This document shows, in pieces, positions 13,342 through 25,140 of a stretch of 64,000 nt of DNA; within the stretch, counting starts at the first letter, position 1, and every line of letters begins with the position of its first letter. The DNA is from Blasia pusilla (lineage: Eukaryota). The stretch spans positions 8,432,001 to 8,496,000 of the forward strand of contig CM114271.1 of NCBI GenBank assembly GCA_050084515.1. Direction: 5' to 3'. A program made the translations under genes and the position numbers. Below the pieces are notes generated by a model. That model made no database searches. It saw nothing but the letters and a program-made list of their open reading frames with translations, and was not told the DNA's origin.

Positions 13342-14619
13342 TGTGATACCCACAATTTTGTACTTTTGAAGAAATATATCTTTATATTCAACAAAGACTT
13401 GTATATACATTATGATTTTGATTATTATCTATTATTATGGGAAGGAATGAGTAAGATTAAAGTGAATCACGAAGCTCCAAGGACAAGGAAGAGAGATAGA
13501 AAATCAAGGATTTGCCTAAGAGGAGAGGAGAATAAAATAACGAAGTCTCAAGACCCAGCAAGAAGCTTCGGAATGACAACAAAGCTCAACGAAGCTCTGT
13601 CTACGAAGTGCTTCGCGCTATAATGAAGCATAACGAAGCACGAAAAAGAAGAGGAAGAATTCCTTCGCTCTTGTACAAAGCACGAGGAATGAAGCACCTG
13701 GAACAAGAACAAAGAATGGAGCGCTTCGTCTTCAGATCATGAGAAAGAGCTTCGTCTTCAAGCCAAGCAAAAGAGGTCCAGACTTAGCACCAAAGCAAAG
13801 CTAAGATTGACAATGATTTGAAGCGACACATAGTTAGAATAGTTAGAATAGGAAAAGATGCAACCCTTTGTATCAAATTGGTAGTTATGACAATTTTTAT
13901 TTGCGGATTCATAGGGATCATAGGAAAAGCAAAGAGCATCATAGATCTAGGTAGTTACAAATGTTGAAGAGCCACCAGCTCCATAAAAAATGCTTCGAAT
14001 CTTTGGATCACTCCTCCTTCAAAGATTATTTAAGAAGCATAGAAGTAGCTATCATTATCATTCTCTTACGATGTCCTCATGCTGTAGGAATGGTCCGAGC
14101 CAGAGAGTAGTACCCTCTCGAGCTTGTATACACTTTGAAGCTTTCTCATTCTTGATGGAGTAGTAAAGCAATCATTCATTCATTCAGATGTGCGATGCTT
14201 ATGTCTGAGTATTCTTTTTGGGTCTGCAGAGTGAATCAGGCGAACCTTTCTCATCAATGGAATAATCAACATAAAGATTGTAGGAAATCTGTTTGACAGA
14301 GAGTAGCCTGCCGAAACGGATTGAGTTCCGACAGTAGGAGAAGCCAACTTTCATGTTGAGGTCTCTGTGAGGTTTCTTGATATCGAGAGGAAATCTACTT
14401 GAGCATGCTGTCAACTCCACTAGAGAGAATTGAGAAAAGAAACTTTGGTACTAAGAAAGATCGGAAGATATTGATAAGACATTGAATATAAATCATACAC
14501 ATTTAAATACAACTATTATAATAGAATTGTAATTTCGTACTCTCTTTTCATCAAACAATGATCCTCTTGGGGATCGAACTTATTAAACAACTGTAAAATA
14601 GAAACCCTTGTACATTACA
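13342..14619 (+). repeat. Solo LTR, Athila-like family
   Basis: TGTGATACCC...ACATTACA; flanks tctct/tctcc; inserted at the RT/RNase H junction. Confidence 0.92.
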
Positions 14620-15205
14620 TCTCCTCAATATGGGCACAGACATCAATCAATCCTTGAGCAGTTGAAATGCTCTCTCATGCTCATCCCCCTAGTTCCACTC
14701 ATGATCCACCTTGGTCAGCAAGGTCAGCGGCTGTGCAATCGAGCTGAAACCCTTGACGTATCGTAGATAGAAGGTCACCAATCCCATGAATGCACGAACT
14801 CGACTCACATCTGTAGGGCGTGGAATGCGTCAAATAGCCTCTACCTTTTTCAGCTACACACCAAGGCCCCCTGGGTATATTGTATGATCTAGGTACTCAA
14901 TCAAATCGTAGAAGAACTTGCACTTGCCTAGATGTAGCTTCAGCCCATGTAATTTCAATCGTCAAAACACCTCCTCTAGATGTCGCTCATGCTTCTCAAC
15001 CGTGGCGCTAAAGACTACGATGTCATCAATATAACACATAGCAAAATCTAGACTTGCCAAGATCTTATCCATGATCCTCTGAAACTCAGTCAAGGCATTC
15101 TTTAACCCAAATGGTAAGAATCGCCACTGGTACAAGCAATCCTTCCCGTGAGGATCGATGCCCCAAAATGCCGTCTAATGCTTGTCCTCCAATGTGATAA
15201 GGAGT

Positions 15206-16458
15206 TATAATGTAAAAGTGGTTTTAAAATTGATCTTTGTACAGTAATTTAATGAGTTCGATCCCCAAGAGGATCACGATTATGTGAAAAGAGAGGTCAA
15301 GATATCGTTTATCTTGCAATAGTTGTAATTAAGTGTGTACAATTTAGATTCAATCACTTATCAATGTCTTCAGATCTCTCTTAGTACCAAGATTTCTTTC
15401 CTCTATTCTCTCTAGTGGAGTTGAAATCACGCTCAGGTAGATCTTCACTCAACATCAAAGAACCTCGCAGAGACCTCAACAAGAACTTGGCTTCTCCTAC
15501 TTTCAGAACTCAATCCGTCTAGGTAGGCTACTCTCTGTTGAACAGATTTCTTACAACTCCGTGTTGATTATTCTATTGATGAAAAGGTTCTCCTGATTCC
15601 CTCTTTCCTCTACAAACCTAATAAGAATACTCATACATATGCATTGCACATCAGAATGAAGGAATGAGTACTTTACTACTCCATCAAGGATGAGAAAGCT
15701 TCAAAATTGTATACAAACACGAGAGGGTACTACTCTCTTGCTCGGACCATTCCTACAACATAAGGACTTTGTGAGAGAATGATGATGATAGCTACTTTCA
15801 TGCTTCTTAAATATTCTCCGGAGTAGGAGTGGTTCCAAGGATTCAAAGCGTTCTTGAGGAATCTGGTGTCTCTTCAACATTTGTAACTACCTAGATCTAT
15901 GGTACTCTTTTCTTTTCCTATGATCCCTGTGAATCCGCTCAGCATAACGGTACTAACTTCCTATATGATACAAAAAATTGTGTCTCTTCCTAGTCTAACT
16001 GTTCTATCAGTATGCCGCTTGAAATCACTTTGAGTTTTAGCTTCGCTTCGTTGCGAAGTCTAGACCTCTTTTGCTTCCCTTGAGGATGAAGCGGTCCATT
16101 CTTCGCTTTGGTTTCAAGTGCTTCGTGCTTTGCTAGAGAGCGAAGTACTTTTTCCTCTTCTTCTTCATCATGCTTCGTTCAAGAGCAAAGCATTTCATGA
16201 ACAAGTTCTGAAGAGGGCTTCGTTGACTTTTCCAAGCTTTGCGCTGAGTCTTTAGACTTCGTTACTGCATTTCCCTCTCCTCTAAGGCAAATCCTTGATC
16301 TTCCACCTCTTTGCCTTGTCCTAGGAGCTTTGCGATCTCTTTCAATATTACTCATTCTTCTACTACACAAACATAATATCCAAAATCATTATGTATACAC
16401 AAGTTTTCTTCGAATAAAAAGCTCTAATCTTCAAAAGTACAAAATTGCAGGTATCGCA
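15206..16458 (-). repeat. Solo LTR, Athila-like family
   Basis: tataatgt...ggtatcgca (eroded termini); flanks ggagt/gcagt; splits the RT at DLRVGYHQL. Confidence 0.9.
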
Positions 16459-17249
16459 GCAGTTGATGGTATCCGACTCGAAGATCTAATGAACCAAAGA
16501 TCTTTGCATGCCCAATAGCATCAAAGATCTCCTCAGGGCTGGGTATGGCATACCTATCGGACTTTGTCTACCAATTGATAGGTCAATATATAATCTCCAC
16601 ACATCCGCCTATCCGTCGAGATGCCATGCACATCCTTCTTGACCGGCATTACAATGGCAAATGCATACTCTCCATACGACATCTGCACTAGTCATGCTCC
16701 AAGCAAGTTCTGGCTCCTACTATGAATCAGAGCCCTCTCTATGTCACTGTACTTATAGGGTTGTCGGAAGATTCGCGTGTTGCTCGACAACTCAATGCGG
16801 ATGCTTGGACCCTTCAGCGTATCCAAATCATGCATACTAAATGCAAAAAAACTCCTATAACTCCTAAGGAACTTATGTATCAGGAATCCCTTTCCTCCTG
16901 TCAACTTAGGGCCCATATCTAGCTCCCAAGTCTCCATCGTGACTACCGTAGGACTCTCCGGCATGAGTATCGGTGGTTGCTATGGTGCAACCCCAACTTA
17001 GAGAGTAGAACTCGGATGCTCCCCTGCAGCCAACTGCAAACTGTGATCTCCTCCATGTGGAGTATCCGTAATCATGCTTGATGTTGTGGCTATCATCTCA
17101 TGGCGTGCTTGCAAAACACCCCAAGAAGTGCAAGGTTTTCTCTCCCGTTCACCCTTGGTATGTCGATCTCCTTGGGTCTCGCCCCCAACCACCACCTCAA
17201 TTGTCTCGCGTAGGCATGGGGCTCACCAACTCAACACTTGAAATGTGTC

Positions 17250-18200
17250 GTAACCTCAAACGACGTTGCTCAACTACTCCTAAGCTGAAAATCCATATCA
17301 AGCAATTCAGGTCCATCGCATGACCCAAGACATAACATGGTGATGCCTCTAATAGTGACGGTACTCCCCTCACTCTTGAGGGGAATCCCATCGCTCGCTC
17401 TCGCTCATCGGCGTTGGGCTCCACCAATCGTTGTACCTGGTCATCCCAAACCGAGCCTGACCCAACCTCCTTGAATGCATAGGAAGCGGGAAAACTCACC
17501 AAGGTGGGAAATCCTGCTCGTGGCAAGCCAATCCTATTGACCACAATCAACGTAGGTCGATCATTGTATCGTACTGCATGTGATCGATGACATGGATCCA
17601 GAATAGAATCCACCAACAAATGGGAGGGGGTTCCACTCTCGCATTCGCCCTCCACAAAACCTCATGTGGCACCAAGTTGGTCCACCAAAGACACAGGCAA
17701 TGTGCACGTGAATCTACACTTTCCGCATCCAACAACACTACTGAGCCGATCCATACGCATACCTGATGTGCACTCGTCACCATTCGAAACCTCGAATCGT
17801 CCGAAATTGGCATCATCTCCCAAAGTCGCAAGATCCGCATCATCTCCCAAAAAAACCTGGACTAAGAGTCAACTAATCGGCTACCTCATCCAACACTCGA
17901 TTGGCCCTGACATGGCCAACCTGCAATGACCAAATTTATGGTCCCTACCCGCTCCAAGTCGTGCGCTCCCAACAATGAAATGTCCCTTGGTAGGGAACTC
18001 TGGTATCCTTGGACGGAGGACGCAAACAATAAGTTGGGAAATCAAGGATGTAACTCTGCCACCGGGTGAAGTGAAGCGTACCTCGCAACATCATCAATCT
18101 CAACTTACAGGTAGTGCTGCATGCGCACTTTTGCTTGCAAAAGAGCAGCTAAGCCAGTGTTGATCCCTCCAAAGAGATCCAACATGTGAATACCCTCCTT
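17250..18200 (-). pseudogene. C5-cytosine DNA methyltransferase domain (Dcm/DNMT3-like) inside Gypsy pol
   Basis: Hand translation shows the motifs in order: I LDLFGGINTGL (about 18150-18182); II YL*VEIDD; IV NLVIAGWPCQG (GWPCQG at 17904-17921); VIII DAESVDSRAHCLCLWWTN; IX ERERAMGFP; X VLGHAMD. In-frame stops are present. Confidence 0.88.
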
Positions 18201-19002
18201 TGGGATGCACCACACAATCGGGTGGTGTCCAAAAGGGTCATAGTAGCACTCTTGGATACCTTGGGTTCCTATGACCCGTCCTGCTTTGATGCAAATATCT
18301 CACTTCAAGCCGTCTTCAGGTGCTCATCAGATAAACGTCCGAACTCCTCACTCGAGCCCCATGGCGGCACCTCTCCTCCACGAAATGATGCGGCTACCAT
18401 AACACTCCTCTCCCTAGAGGTGTCAGGCATGGGGTGGTCCTCTGCATGGATATGCCCCTCAATCAAATCAGAAGGCCACGTGATGGCGTTGCTAAATGTT
18501 GCTAAAGTCGCCGTCTCTCCTGGATGTCGCTCGATCACTCCACCCGTGAATTGAACGGGTAATGAATAAAGTTGTCCATCACCGGACTACCATCCTGGTC
18601 TGTAGGACACTAACTCCTCCCAAGAATCCTTGGAAAATCCCATCGGGAACAACACTGCTCCCCCAACCAAGACGACGCAAGACTCTACGTTAGTCACGAT
18701 CGCCTTGGATCGCACCACAGACTCATCTGTAGGATGTCTTAGGAAAATCCTTACCACGACCTCATGTCAGGTGACAAACTATGTGGTACTCACTCCACCC
18801 AAGGATGTTTGTATCCTAAATGGATAACACTCCACATCGTTCCTCGTCAAGCCCAAACCCGGCCTTCCCCAACATCATGGGTTGCGCTCCTAAATCTAAC
18901 AAGACACGTTGTGGATAAAAAAATCTACCTCCTAGACTTAGCAACTCGAAGATCTCTCCCTGGTTGTCTAGCAACACAACACTTGGAGCAACCATGGCAC
19001 AC

Positions 19003-20170
19003 TATCGTATAGTTAATCATATGCTATGTCAACTCTTCTATCATTAAGTGTTAGAGAGAGTTTTATTAGTATTAAGTAAATTAGCCTAGGAAAATGAAAT
19101 TCCCATGTTTAAACCTCTTTAGGGTGACTAATTTATGCGGGCCCAACTTTAGGAAAAGAGATAATAAATAAAAGATAGGATTAGAAAAGTAAAATAGTGG
19201 GGTTGGTGTTTTAATGAAACAAAAGAAAAAATAGTCTTGGTTGGTGGCTAGGGTTGGTGGGGTAGTTTGGAAGATATAAAAGGAGCAAAAGAGGATATTT
19301 TGGAAGAGTTAAGAGGTTATCTACTAATGTCAAAATATGATTGCTAAGCATTGAGAGGAAGCCATGTGGCACAAGATAAGATTAGCCCTATTTCGTACTC
19401 TTATGGATCCCTTGTGAGTATATAAAGAGGAGGAACCTTCAAGGGTTCATCATCTTCTACTTCATATCTTCAGTCTCTCGTGTTACTCTTGAGTGTATGG
19501 CTTTGGGATTGCTTGCTCTTCCCATGAGAATGGATTACCCCTCTCGAGAGAGTAACTTGACCTTGGTGTACTCTTCAAGAGTTTTCTAGAGTGTGGTATG
19601 TGTGGAGATGAGAGACTTGTCACCTTAGATGAGTTTAGTCATACTAGAAATAGATAATAGTTTGGCTTTTTATTTTCCCAGTAAGAGTGGATTACCTCTC
19701 TTGGGAGAGCAACTCCACCAAATCTCATTCTAAAGGAGAGTATAGAATGTTTGTCAAGTATGGATAGGGGTGGAGCACGAGTTGTGCCGGATGGTTCACT
19801 CGTTATCTAGTTTATCACTTTGAGGACGCATTCATGAACCAAGTCATGCAATCTCCAACTCCGGTGATTCTTCCTATAGTCACGTACGGAAGGACATGAG
19901 ATTGCACTTTGTGTGTCCTTATATAGATATCCACGGACGTCAATAGGCATGCTCAATTAGGGTTTAACACTAGTTGTACTATTTTCTTTGTGTACAAACG
20001 TAAAGTAGTTTATAGGGATTTCATAGTTAAGAATTTTGGGATTCCATATTATGAAGAAGTGATTGCCTCGGCACTACCATTCGTGATTCGTGTCGTGAGA
20101 GATTGGAGAGTTTACATGATAATTCTGTACTGAAAAAGAAAAAAATTCTTATAGAGTTTGACTTGCATCA
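19003..20170. repeat. Probable LTR of an unrelated family
   Basis: AT-rich 1.17-kb non-coding block with TATA (tataaagagg near 19421), ending in CA. It interrupts the gag/protease frame, which appears to resume for about 30 nt after 20170. No clean TSD. Confidence 0.45.
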
Positions 20171-20240
20171 ACCACGTCTATTGCAGCTAGAAGGTCCGCC
20201 CTAACTCAAAGAAAGGTTTTGGACACGACACGGGACATAC

Positions 20241-21690
20241 ATGAAGACCTTTTTGGGAATAGCAAAACCTCTCACAGATTGTACTCCCAGGTTTTCCAAC
20301 ACAACATGGACTGAGAGATTGGATAAGGAGTTCAACCAAGTCAAAGAGATCCTCTCGCATGAACCAATTCTGAACCTCCCGGAGTACGACCAACCGTTCG
20401 AGGTGCACACTCATGCTAGTGATTTCGCGATTGCAGGAATATTGGTACAAAAAGGGAGACTTGTAGCATACGAGAGCAAGAACTTAACAACACTGAAAGG
20501 AGATGGCCCACTCATGAGAAAGAGTTGTTCGCAGTGGTTCATTGTTTGAGGAAGTGGCGTCACTATTTGGGACTTCACAAGACTCCTGTATTCATTGATA
20601 ACATTTCGCTCAAGTATTTTGAGACCCATGATCACATGACACCAAAGCAACTCCGATTGGTATGATACCTTGGCATTGATGAATGTGGAGCTAATCCACA
20701 AGCCAGGGAAAGACAATGTTATTCCAGATGCGTTAAGTCACAGGGATGAGCATATGCCATTGACAACACAAGTCTTGAGAGCAATGTTCCCTAGTGAAAC
20801 AGACATGGAAAGAAGGATTCGTGAAGGATACATGAAGGATGCGCAAGCAAGTGAGTACCTAAGGAAGTTGAAACGCGGCGAGAAGGTGGCGAATCTGAGT
20901 TTGAGGCATGGTTTGCTAAGGTTTAAGCATAGCACAATCTATGTGGGTCAAGGCAAGCTACGGACCAAAGTGTTTGTGGAATGTCATGACGGACCTTTGG
21001 CAAGACACAAAGGGGAGAAATCTACTCTTGCTATTTTGGCCAAGAGGTTCTTCTCGTCTAACATGTAGGAAGATGTTGCTCAATATGTGAAGATTTGCGT
21101 GACCTCTCAAGGAAACAGAGTTTCTTATGCAAAGAAGCAAGGCTTACTTCATCCTTTGCCAATCTCGAAGGGATCCTTGCAAAGCATTAGCATGGATTTC
21201 ATTACAAGTCTTTCGGAATCTGAGGGATACAACGCCATATTTGTGATAGTTGATCGGTTTAGCAAGTTCGGGAGGTTTGTGCCGACGAGAGATTCTACGA
21301 CGGCCTATACAACTTCCTGACTATTCCTCGATAGCTGGTAGCAAGCTTATGGATTGCCTAGGAGCATTGTGTCCAATCGCAATCCGAAGTTTACCAATGC
21401 CTTTTGGAAATATCGATTCATGAGGTTCAAGACCAAACTCCACTTTAGTACGGCCTTCCATCCTCAAACGAATGGGCAAATGGAAAAAGTAAAATTGGTC
21501 GTAAACTAGTACTTAAGGAATTATGTGAGTGTAGACCATAAGATTGGGCAAAGTGGCTAAGTATGGTTGAGTATTGTTACAACTCCACCAAGCATTCTGC
21601 AACTGAATAATCTTCATTTTTTCTGGCTTATCAAAGAGAAACGGAACGGCCTGTTGACGCGGCCCTTTCAAGGGGTGCTACACCAACACA
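20241..21690 (+). pseudogene. Chromovirus-like Gypsy pol fragment (RT end, RNase H, integrase)
   Basis: PFEVHTHASDFAIAGILVQ..VAYESK; HKPGKDNVIPDALS; CHDGPLARH; SISMDFITSL..AIFVIVDRFSK. Confidence 0.9.
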
Positions 21691-21695
21691 CCTAG

Positions 21696-22629
21696 TGCAT
21701 GACCTCTATGTCCACCCATACCGGAAACTCGCTCTCCTGCCCTCTCTGGCCCTCGGTTCGGACGTAACTCAGGGTGTAGGCTGAAACACCTGCCACATGT
21801 GTGACGATACCTCTAGCAATAGTCACATTGATAACCTCCTGGTGTAGCACCATCTCCTCTATCGTGCGCATACACATTGCTACACAACATATATTGCTGT
21901 CACCGAACACACACACAAACACGCATGATCCCATGCTAACTCATGGCATCCAAACAACGAGACAAGAAATACCAAAATATTTCCAATTAAAGTAAGATCC
22001 AATCTCTCTTTACACCATCTCACGCCATAGCTCTCAAAGGTGTGCACTCCCTCTCATGTCAAACCAAACCCATTCTCCTAATGAGAGGCTTGGGTTACAC
22101 TCACAAAGCAAGGGACCATAACTCCTCCGCCTCATGCCAAGAGGTTCAATAAAGAGAGAATGAGCTATCAAGCTCTCTCTCCTTGAGGTATACCTCTCCC
22201 CTCTCCCAAGCTCTCTCCATGGTAACCTATTCTTCCAAGTCACCTCCTTGGCTCTTGACCTGATGTAGGAGGTGAAGGGCCACTTACCAAAAATATAAAG
22301 TCGATCATATACTCAAAATGGTATTTAAATAAAATAGTAAGTTGCTTAATATGGCTCCAAATGAGCCGAAATGAAGGGGAAACCTGCTCTCTCAGGTTTC
22401 CCGGGGCCTCAGCAGGTTATCCTCAACCTACTAAGCTTGTCCTCCACTACTCACGAAGGTGCTCTACTAGATCTTACCGATCTATCCTAAAAGACGTGAC
22501 AGTTTTCGTGTGCATATACATTGCTATACAACATATATCCTTGTCACCAAACACACATACAAACACACACGATCCCATGCTAACTCATGGCATCCAAACA
22601 ACGAGACAAGAAGTACCAAAATATCTCCA
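21696..22629 (-). repeat. Putative 3' LTR of the PHD-bearing Gypsy, with an internal ~125-bp duplication
   Basis: Follows the PHD stop and a purine tract (aggggggcga, 22631-22640 on minus). 21862-21985 is duplicated at about 22507-22628. The left boundary is uncertain. Confidence 0.4.
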
Positions 22630-22817
22630 ATCGCCCCCCTATGTGGTGGTTAGGTCCCTCTAACTCCAGATAGCCATCTATCCCTACCTACCACGACATA
22701 CATCTCTAGGACGCTAAGAGTAGAAAGGTCGGGTGCTCATGTGGCCCCATCGTTAGTCGCCTTCCTGTCATCCATGTCACAGAAAAAGTCAGAATCAAAA
22801 TCTACCTAGTATCTCCT

Positions 22818-23172
22818 CTATGTACATCTGGGACACATCCATCGTTCCCAAGGAACCCTAGTGAGAGGTGGCGTCAGACATGCTATATGCCAACCTCTCG
22901 AACATCCATCACAGACTAGCATCGTGGCCGCACCATGGGCAAAACCACACAACATACAACGCAAGCCTACATGAACTACTGCTAAGCTTGAATCTAATGT
23001 ACCATCAATGTTAGGAAGGTGACATGGCGCACAATTACGCACATGGTCCTTCCATACCATACCATACCATACCATCGCGTCTCTCCAGCAAGAGAACACC
23101 GGATGGCAAAACATCACGCATTCTCAGGATAGTGCGCCTTGTAGTCACATCCAATGTCGTCGGTGCCGTCAC
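22818..23172 (-). pseudogene. Second copy of the integrase C-terminus plus PHD finger
   Basis: WKDHVRNCAPCHLP...CMLCGF...LVCDGCSRGWHIACLTPPLTRVPWERWMCPRC, an intact C4HC3. Confidence 0.9.
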
Positions 23173-23174
23173 GA

Positions 23175-25140
23175 GTCTACTATCGGCTTGCTTGCTCAAG
23201 AATAGCATGCATGTTCAAAGGTATCATGAGCCGCAACCCTACCCTGACTAAAAGCGGAGGAAGGGGAGGGGGGGGCAATGCTATGTATTGAAGGGTTTAG
23301 GCTTCGAAGTACGGCCATGCCACTGATAAAGCTGCCACCCCAATTAGTCAAAGCACTCGAGGAGCGGTCACTGGAAATATTTTTTCAATCCAATTGGACA
23401 TTGACATCAAGCGAGCTTTTAGGGGAGGTTTGCTCTTCAGCCGCTGCTGCCAAGTTCAGGAAGAAAGGGTTCCGGTATCGCGCCCAGCCACAATAGTGGA
23501 CTTTGGATGATAGGAGGGTGACTTATATACTTCATGCCACTCCTAAGTATGAGTATGACACAGATTTGATGGTGAAGCATGAAGATTTTCTGGCACTCGG
23601 CTATGTGACGTTGGACCGCTTAGGCAAAAATGGCTACAAGGCTACCTCGTTGTCCCCACCCTTGTTCGGACAATTCTGCAAGCATCTGATGACCTTGTTT
23701 TATCCTGATCGCTCTTACTACTTGACAAATAAGCTTGTTAAGATGTGCTACATACTTTGGAATTAGCATCTGGACCCCAAAGCACCAGGTGTCGACTTTG
23801 CTACATTCTTGGATGGACACTTACGCGCAATGCTCGAAGCGCTTCATACGAGCATGAAGTCTTTCTTGTCACCTTTTTTAATGCACTTGTACATTCATAA
23901 GCAGGAATTGACAGCCAATGAGGCACTGGATTGGATGCAAGTGACTCATGTACGCTTACCGAAGATGGGCAAAACTTTACCTTCAAGAAGCCGCGAAGTC
24001 ACGCCGATGCGCAAAGCAGTTCAAAGGCGACATCCCCATACTTCGGCTTCAGGAAAAGACGAAGAACAAACTAAACTACCAAGACCAAAGCGTGGAAGGG
24101 TAAACTTTGAGATGCCTTCAGACACAAACCCGGTGCCCCAAGAGGATTCCGTGGAGACACCTCAAACTAGCGACGAGCCTCCTACTCTTCGTCGCATGAC
24201 ACAGAGAGCAACGCAACTTGTGTGGTCTCTTAATTTGGTCGTTCCCGTCATGAACCAAGTACAGCGGGTACTACACCTAGATGACAAAGCTAATGTGGAC
24301 CAGTATCTACGAGCGCTCGATGATATGAATTTTAGGGCACAAGGTTTGTCAGAGAACCAAGCACAATAAAGAGTGGCACAACAACAGCTCGAGCTTTGCA
24401 ATAAAGAATTTGAAGACACTAAAGTGACGCTTGGTAAAGCTCAAACCGAGTTAGTACAAGCCCAGTTTGGATCATGGAAAGCACGCCAATGGGAAAGCTT
24501 AGCAATCAATATGGAGTTTGGGGCAGATCAATTGGTGTCCTGAGTCAAGGAAGCTTGGTAGTTGATTCGACAGTACCAACACCAAGTGACTCTTCTCCAA
24601 AAGGAATTCAAGAAAGTAGCGACACAGAACGCCCAGATATCTAAGTTACTTAAAGATCAACAGGAAACTAACACAGACTTTGTAGCACAATGGTCAGAAG
24701 CCACAAGGAGCATCTCAGTCTTGGAGGCAGAACAAAAGCTTCTCAACGAGGTGTAGGTAGACCTCCAAACCATGGCCATTTTCCTCCTGCCACTAAGTTT
24801 GATATCTTAGAAGACACATTTATGGATTTAGATGTCGTACCATGAAGTGTTTGACGGGGCGGCTCACATTTGAGGGAAAGGGTATGTGATACCCATAATT
24901 TTGTAAATTTGGAGATTTACACCTTTTGATTCAAGGAATGAAGACTCTATGAAGTAAAGCTTGTATATACATGACTATTTTAGATATTATGTTTTTGTAT
25001 TGGAAGAATGAGTAATATTGAAGTGGATCACAAGGCTCCTAAGACAAGGCAGAGAGATGGAAAATCAAGGACTTGCCTTAGAGGAGAGGGAAATGCGGTA
25101 ACAAAGTCTAAAGACTCAGAGCGAAGCTTGGAAAAGACAA
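23175..25140 (+). mobile_element. Athila-like 3' fragment: integrase end, extra ORF, PPT, truncated LTR
   Basis: NSMHVQRYHEP integrase end. ORF pieces 23278..24756 are homologous to 32370..33617. PPT gagggaaagggta at 24872-24884. LTR start TGTGATACCC at 24885, truncated at about 25140. Confidence 0.88.

Larger units (their letters stand above)
11290..19002 (-). mobile_element. Ty3/Gypsy pol region with architecture PR-DNMT-RT-RH-INT-PHD, interrupted by two solo LTRs
   Basis: Minus strand: protease VLLDLGAQPMMLGK (about 18870-18905); MTase 17250-18200; RT (about 16950-16459 and 15205-14620, CYIDDIVV near 15015-15035); RNase H (13019..13240); integrase (WSLDFAGPLP...VEHFSKW, 12217..12450); PHD (11325-11465). 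Many stops and frameshifts. Confidence 0.9.

Noticed and set aside
17250-18200. Host DRM/DNMT3 gene
   Set aside because: Intronless, motif order not permuted as in DRM, and continuous with retrotransposon protease and RT.
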